Below are positions 63,300-64,000 of a DNA stretch of 64,000 bases, piece by piece. Both the position numbers and the translations under genes were made by a program. Below the pieces are notes generated by a model that did not search any database, had not been told where the DNA came from, and saw only the letters and a program-made list of their open reading frames with translations. Source of the DNA: Anaerolineales bacterium (lineage in GTDB: Bacteria; Chloroflexota; Anaerolineae; Anaerolineales; UBA11858). The stretch is taken from positions 95 through 64,094 of the forward strand of contig JAIORG010000072.1 of the NCBI GenBank assembly GCA_021108255.1. The letters are read 5' to 3'. Each line of letters opens with the position of its first letter. The first letter of the stretch is position 1.

Positions 63300-64000
63300 A
63301 TGGAAGTAAATAACGACTTGAATCGCGAAATCCCCATATTGGATTGGGAATCGCACCTTGCCGAACGGACCAAAGGTATGGGGAGTTCGGTCATACGGGA
63401 ATTGCTCAAGTTTACCCAGGACCCTGACATTATTTCATTCGCTGGCGGGCTGCCAGCCCCGGAACTTTTTCCCACACGGGAAGTCGAAGAAGCATGTATT
63501 TATGTTGCCCGGGAACAGGGAAGAAAGGCTCTCCAGTACGGCGCTACGGAAGGGTATTTACCATTAAAAGAATACCTGGCGGCATCTATTCATAAATATG
63601 GAATTCCTGCTATCCCGGAAAATGTATTGTTAACCAATGGGTCTCAGCAAGCCCTGGATTTGATTGGCAAGATATTCATTGACCCGGGAAGATATGTTTT
63701 GACCGGGCGTCCCACCTATTTGGGCGCAATTCAAGCCTGGCGAGCATACCAGGCGAAATTTCATACCATGCGCCTGGATGAACAGGGCATGGTAGTTGAT
63801 GAGATTGAACGTGCCTATCACAAGGTCTTGGAAGACAGCGGGAAACCGCCGGCCTTTATTTACGTTTTGCCCAACTTTCATAATCCAGCCGGCACAACTT
63901 TGTCATTGGAGCGTCGAATAAAATTGGCCGAGGTTGCCACTAAACTTGATCTGGCTGTTATCGAAGACGATCCTTATGGGCAGCTTCGTTTTGAAGGGGA
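63300..64000 (+). CDS. PLP-dependent aminotransferase, 2-aminoadipate/aromatic (LysN / MocR-core) type, 3'-truncated by the window edge
   Basis: Not in the ORF track because no stop falls inside the window. GGGAGGG lies upstream of ATG 63300. My translation is MEVNNDLNREIPILDWESHLAERTKGMGSSVIRELLKF...ISFAGGLPAPELFP...TNGSQQALDL...PNFHNPAGTTLSLERR...IEDDPYGQLRFEG, which is typical of this family. Confidence 0.8.
   Translation, partial: MEVNNDLNREIPILDWESHLAERTKGMGSSVIRELLKFTQDPDIISFAGGLPAPELFPTREVEEACIYVAREQGRKALQYGATEGYLPLKEYLAASIHKYGIPAIPENVLLTNGSQQALDLIGKIFIDPGRYVLTGRPTYLGAIQAWRAYQAKFHTMRLDEQGMVVDEIERAYHKVLEDSGKPPAFIYVLPNFHNPAGTTLSLERRIKLAEVATKLDLAVIEDDPYGQLRFEG

Noticed and set aside
1-64000. 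Search for mobile elements, prophage, CRISPR arrays, defence systems (restriction-modification, toxin-antitoxin, Cas, retrons and similar), and rRNA/tRNA genes.
   Set aside because: None of the translated ORFs shows transposase, integrase, recombinase, Cas or nuclease-NTPase defence-type motifs. No spaced direct-repeat array was seen, and no intergenic stretch has a tRNA-like or rRNA-like sequence. A negative result by eye only is not proof of absence.

Overview
Densely coding 64-kb chromosomal segment with about 58 protein genes on both strands. I found no rRNA, tRNA, CRISPR array, transposase, integrase or phage gene. The gene families (tungsten-type AOR, LCP, Tex, DegV, FHA, family-5 ABC importer, lipobox lipoprotein plus Lgt-like protein) suggest an anaerobic monoderm-type bacterium. 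My guess is Chloroflexota/Anaerolineae-like, which I cannot verify without a search.

Gene blocks, left to right:
- 0.7-2.4 kb: pit plus DUF47 phosphate uptake pair.
- 4.0-10.3 kb: DeoR-controlled divergent cluster of an ethanolamine/choline-kinase-type kinase, class II aldolase, HisC-type aminotransferase and HAD phosphatase.
- 10.7-17.4 kb: family-5 ABC importer.
- 18.8-22.9 kb: GC-richer block with an AP-superfamily hydrolase, class III aminotransferase and aldehyde:ferredoxin oxidoreductase.
- 23.1-27.5 kb: DegV, Tex and a Gfo/Idh/MocA oxidoreductase.
- 27.7-44.4 kb: the most unusual locus, two divergent operons.
  - Plus strand: a complete galactitol-type PTS (EIIA/B/C plus HPr plus EI), UlaE/UlaD-like enzymes, acetoin/pyruvate-dehydrogenase-like E1alpha/E1beta/E2 and DUF89.
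  - Minus strand: a frameshifted SorC regulator, HAD-IIA, SurE, cupin, Gfo/Idh/MocA and the matching E3 (Lpd).
  - Two near-consensus promoters in this locus carry the same bipartite palindromic operator-like motif.
- 44.5-64 kb: housekeeping genes, namely beta-CASP RNase plus RNase D, GNATs, Lgt-like, NadE, PepF, GlpD, MtnA, ABC-F, LCP, FHA and an rRNA methyltransferase. A 3'-truncated aminotransferase sits behind a structured, terminator-containing leader.

All functional calls rest on motif and family recognition by eye, so no database search or computation was possible. Several ORF-track starts were shortened to the first start codon with a Shine-Dalgarno sequence and a sensible N-terminus.
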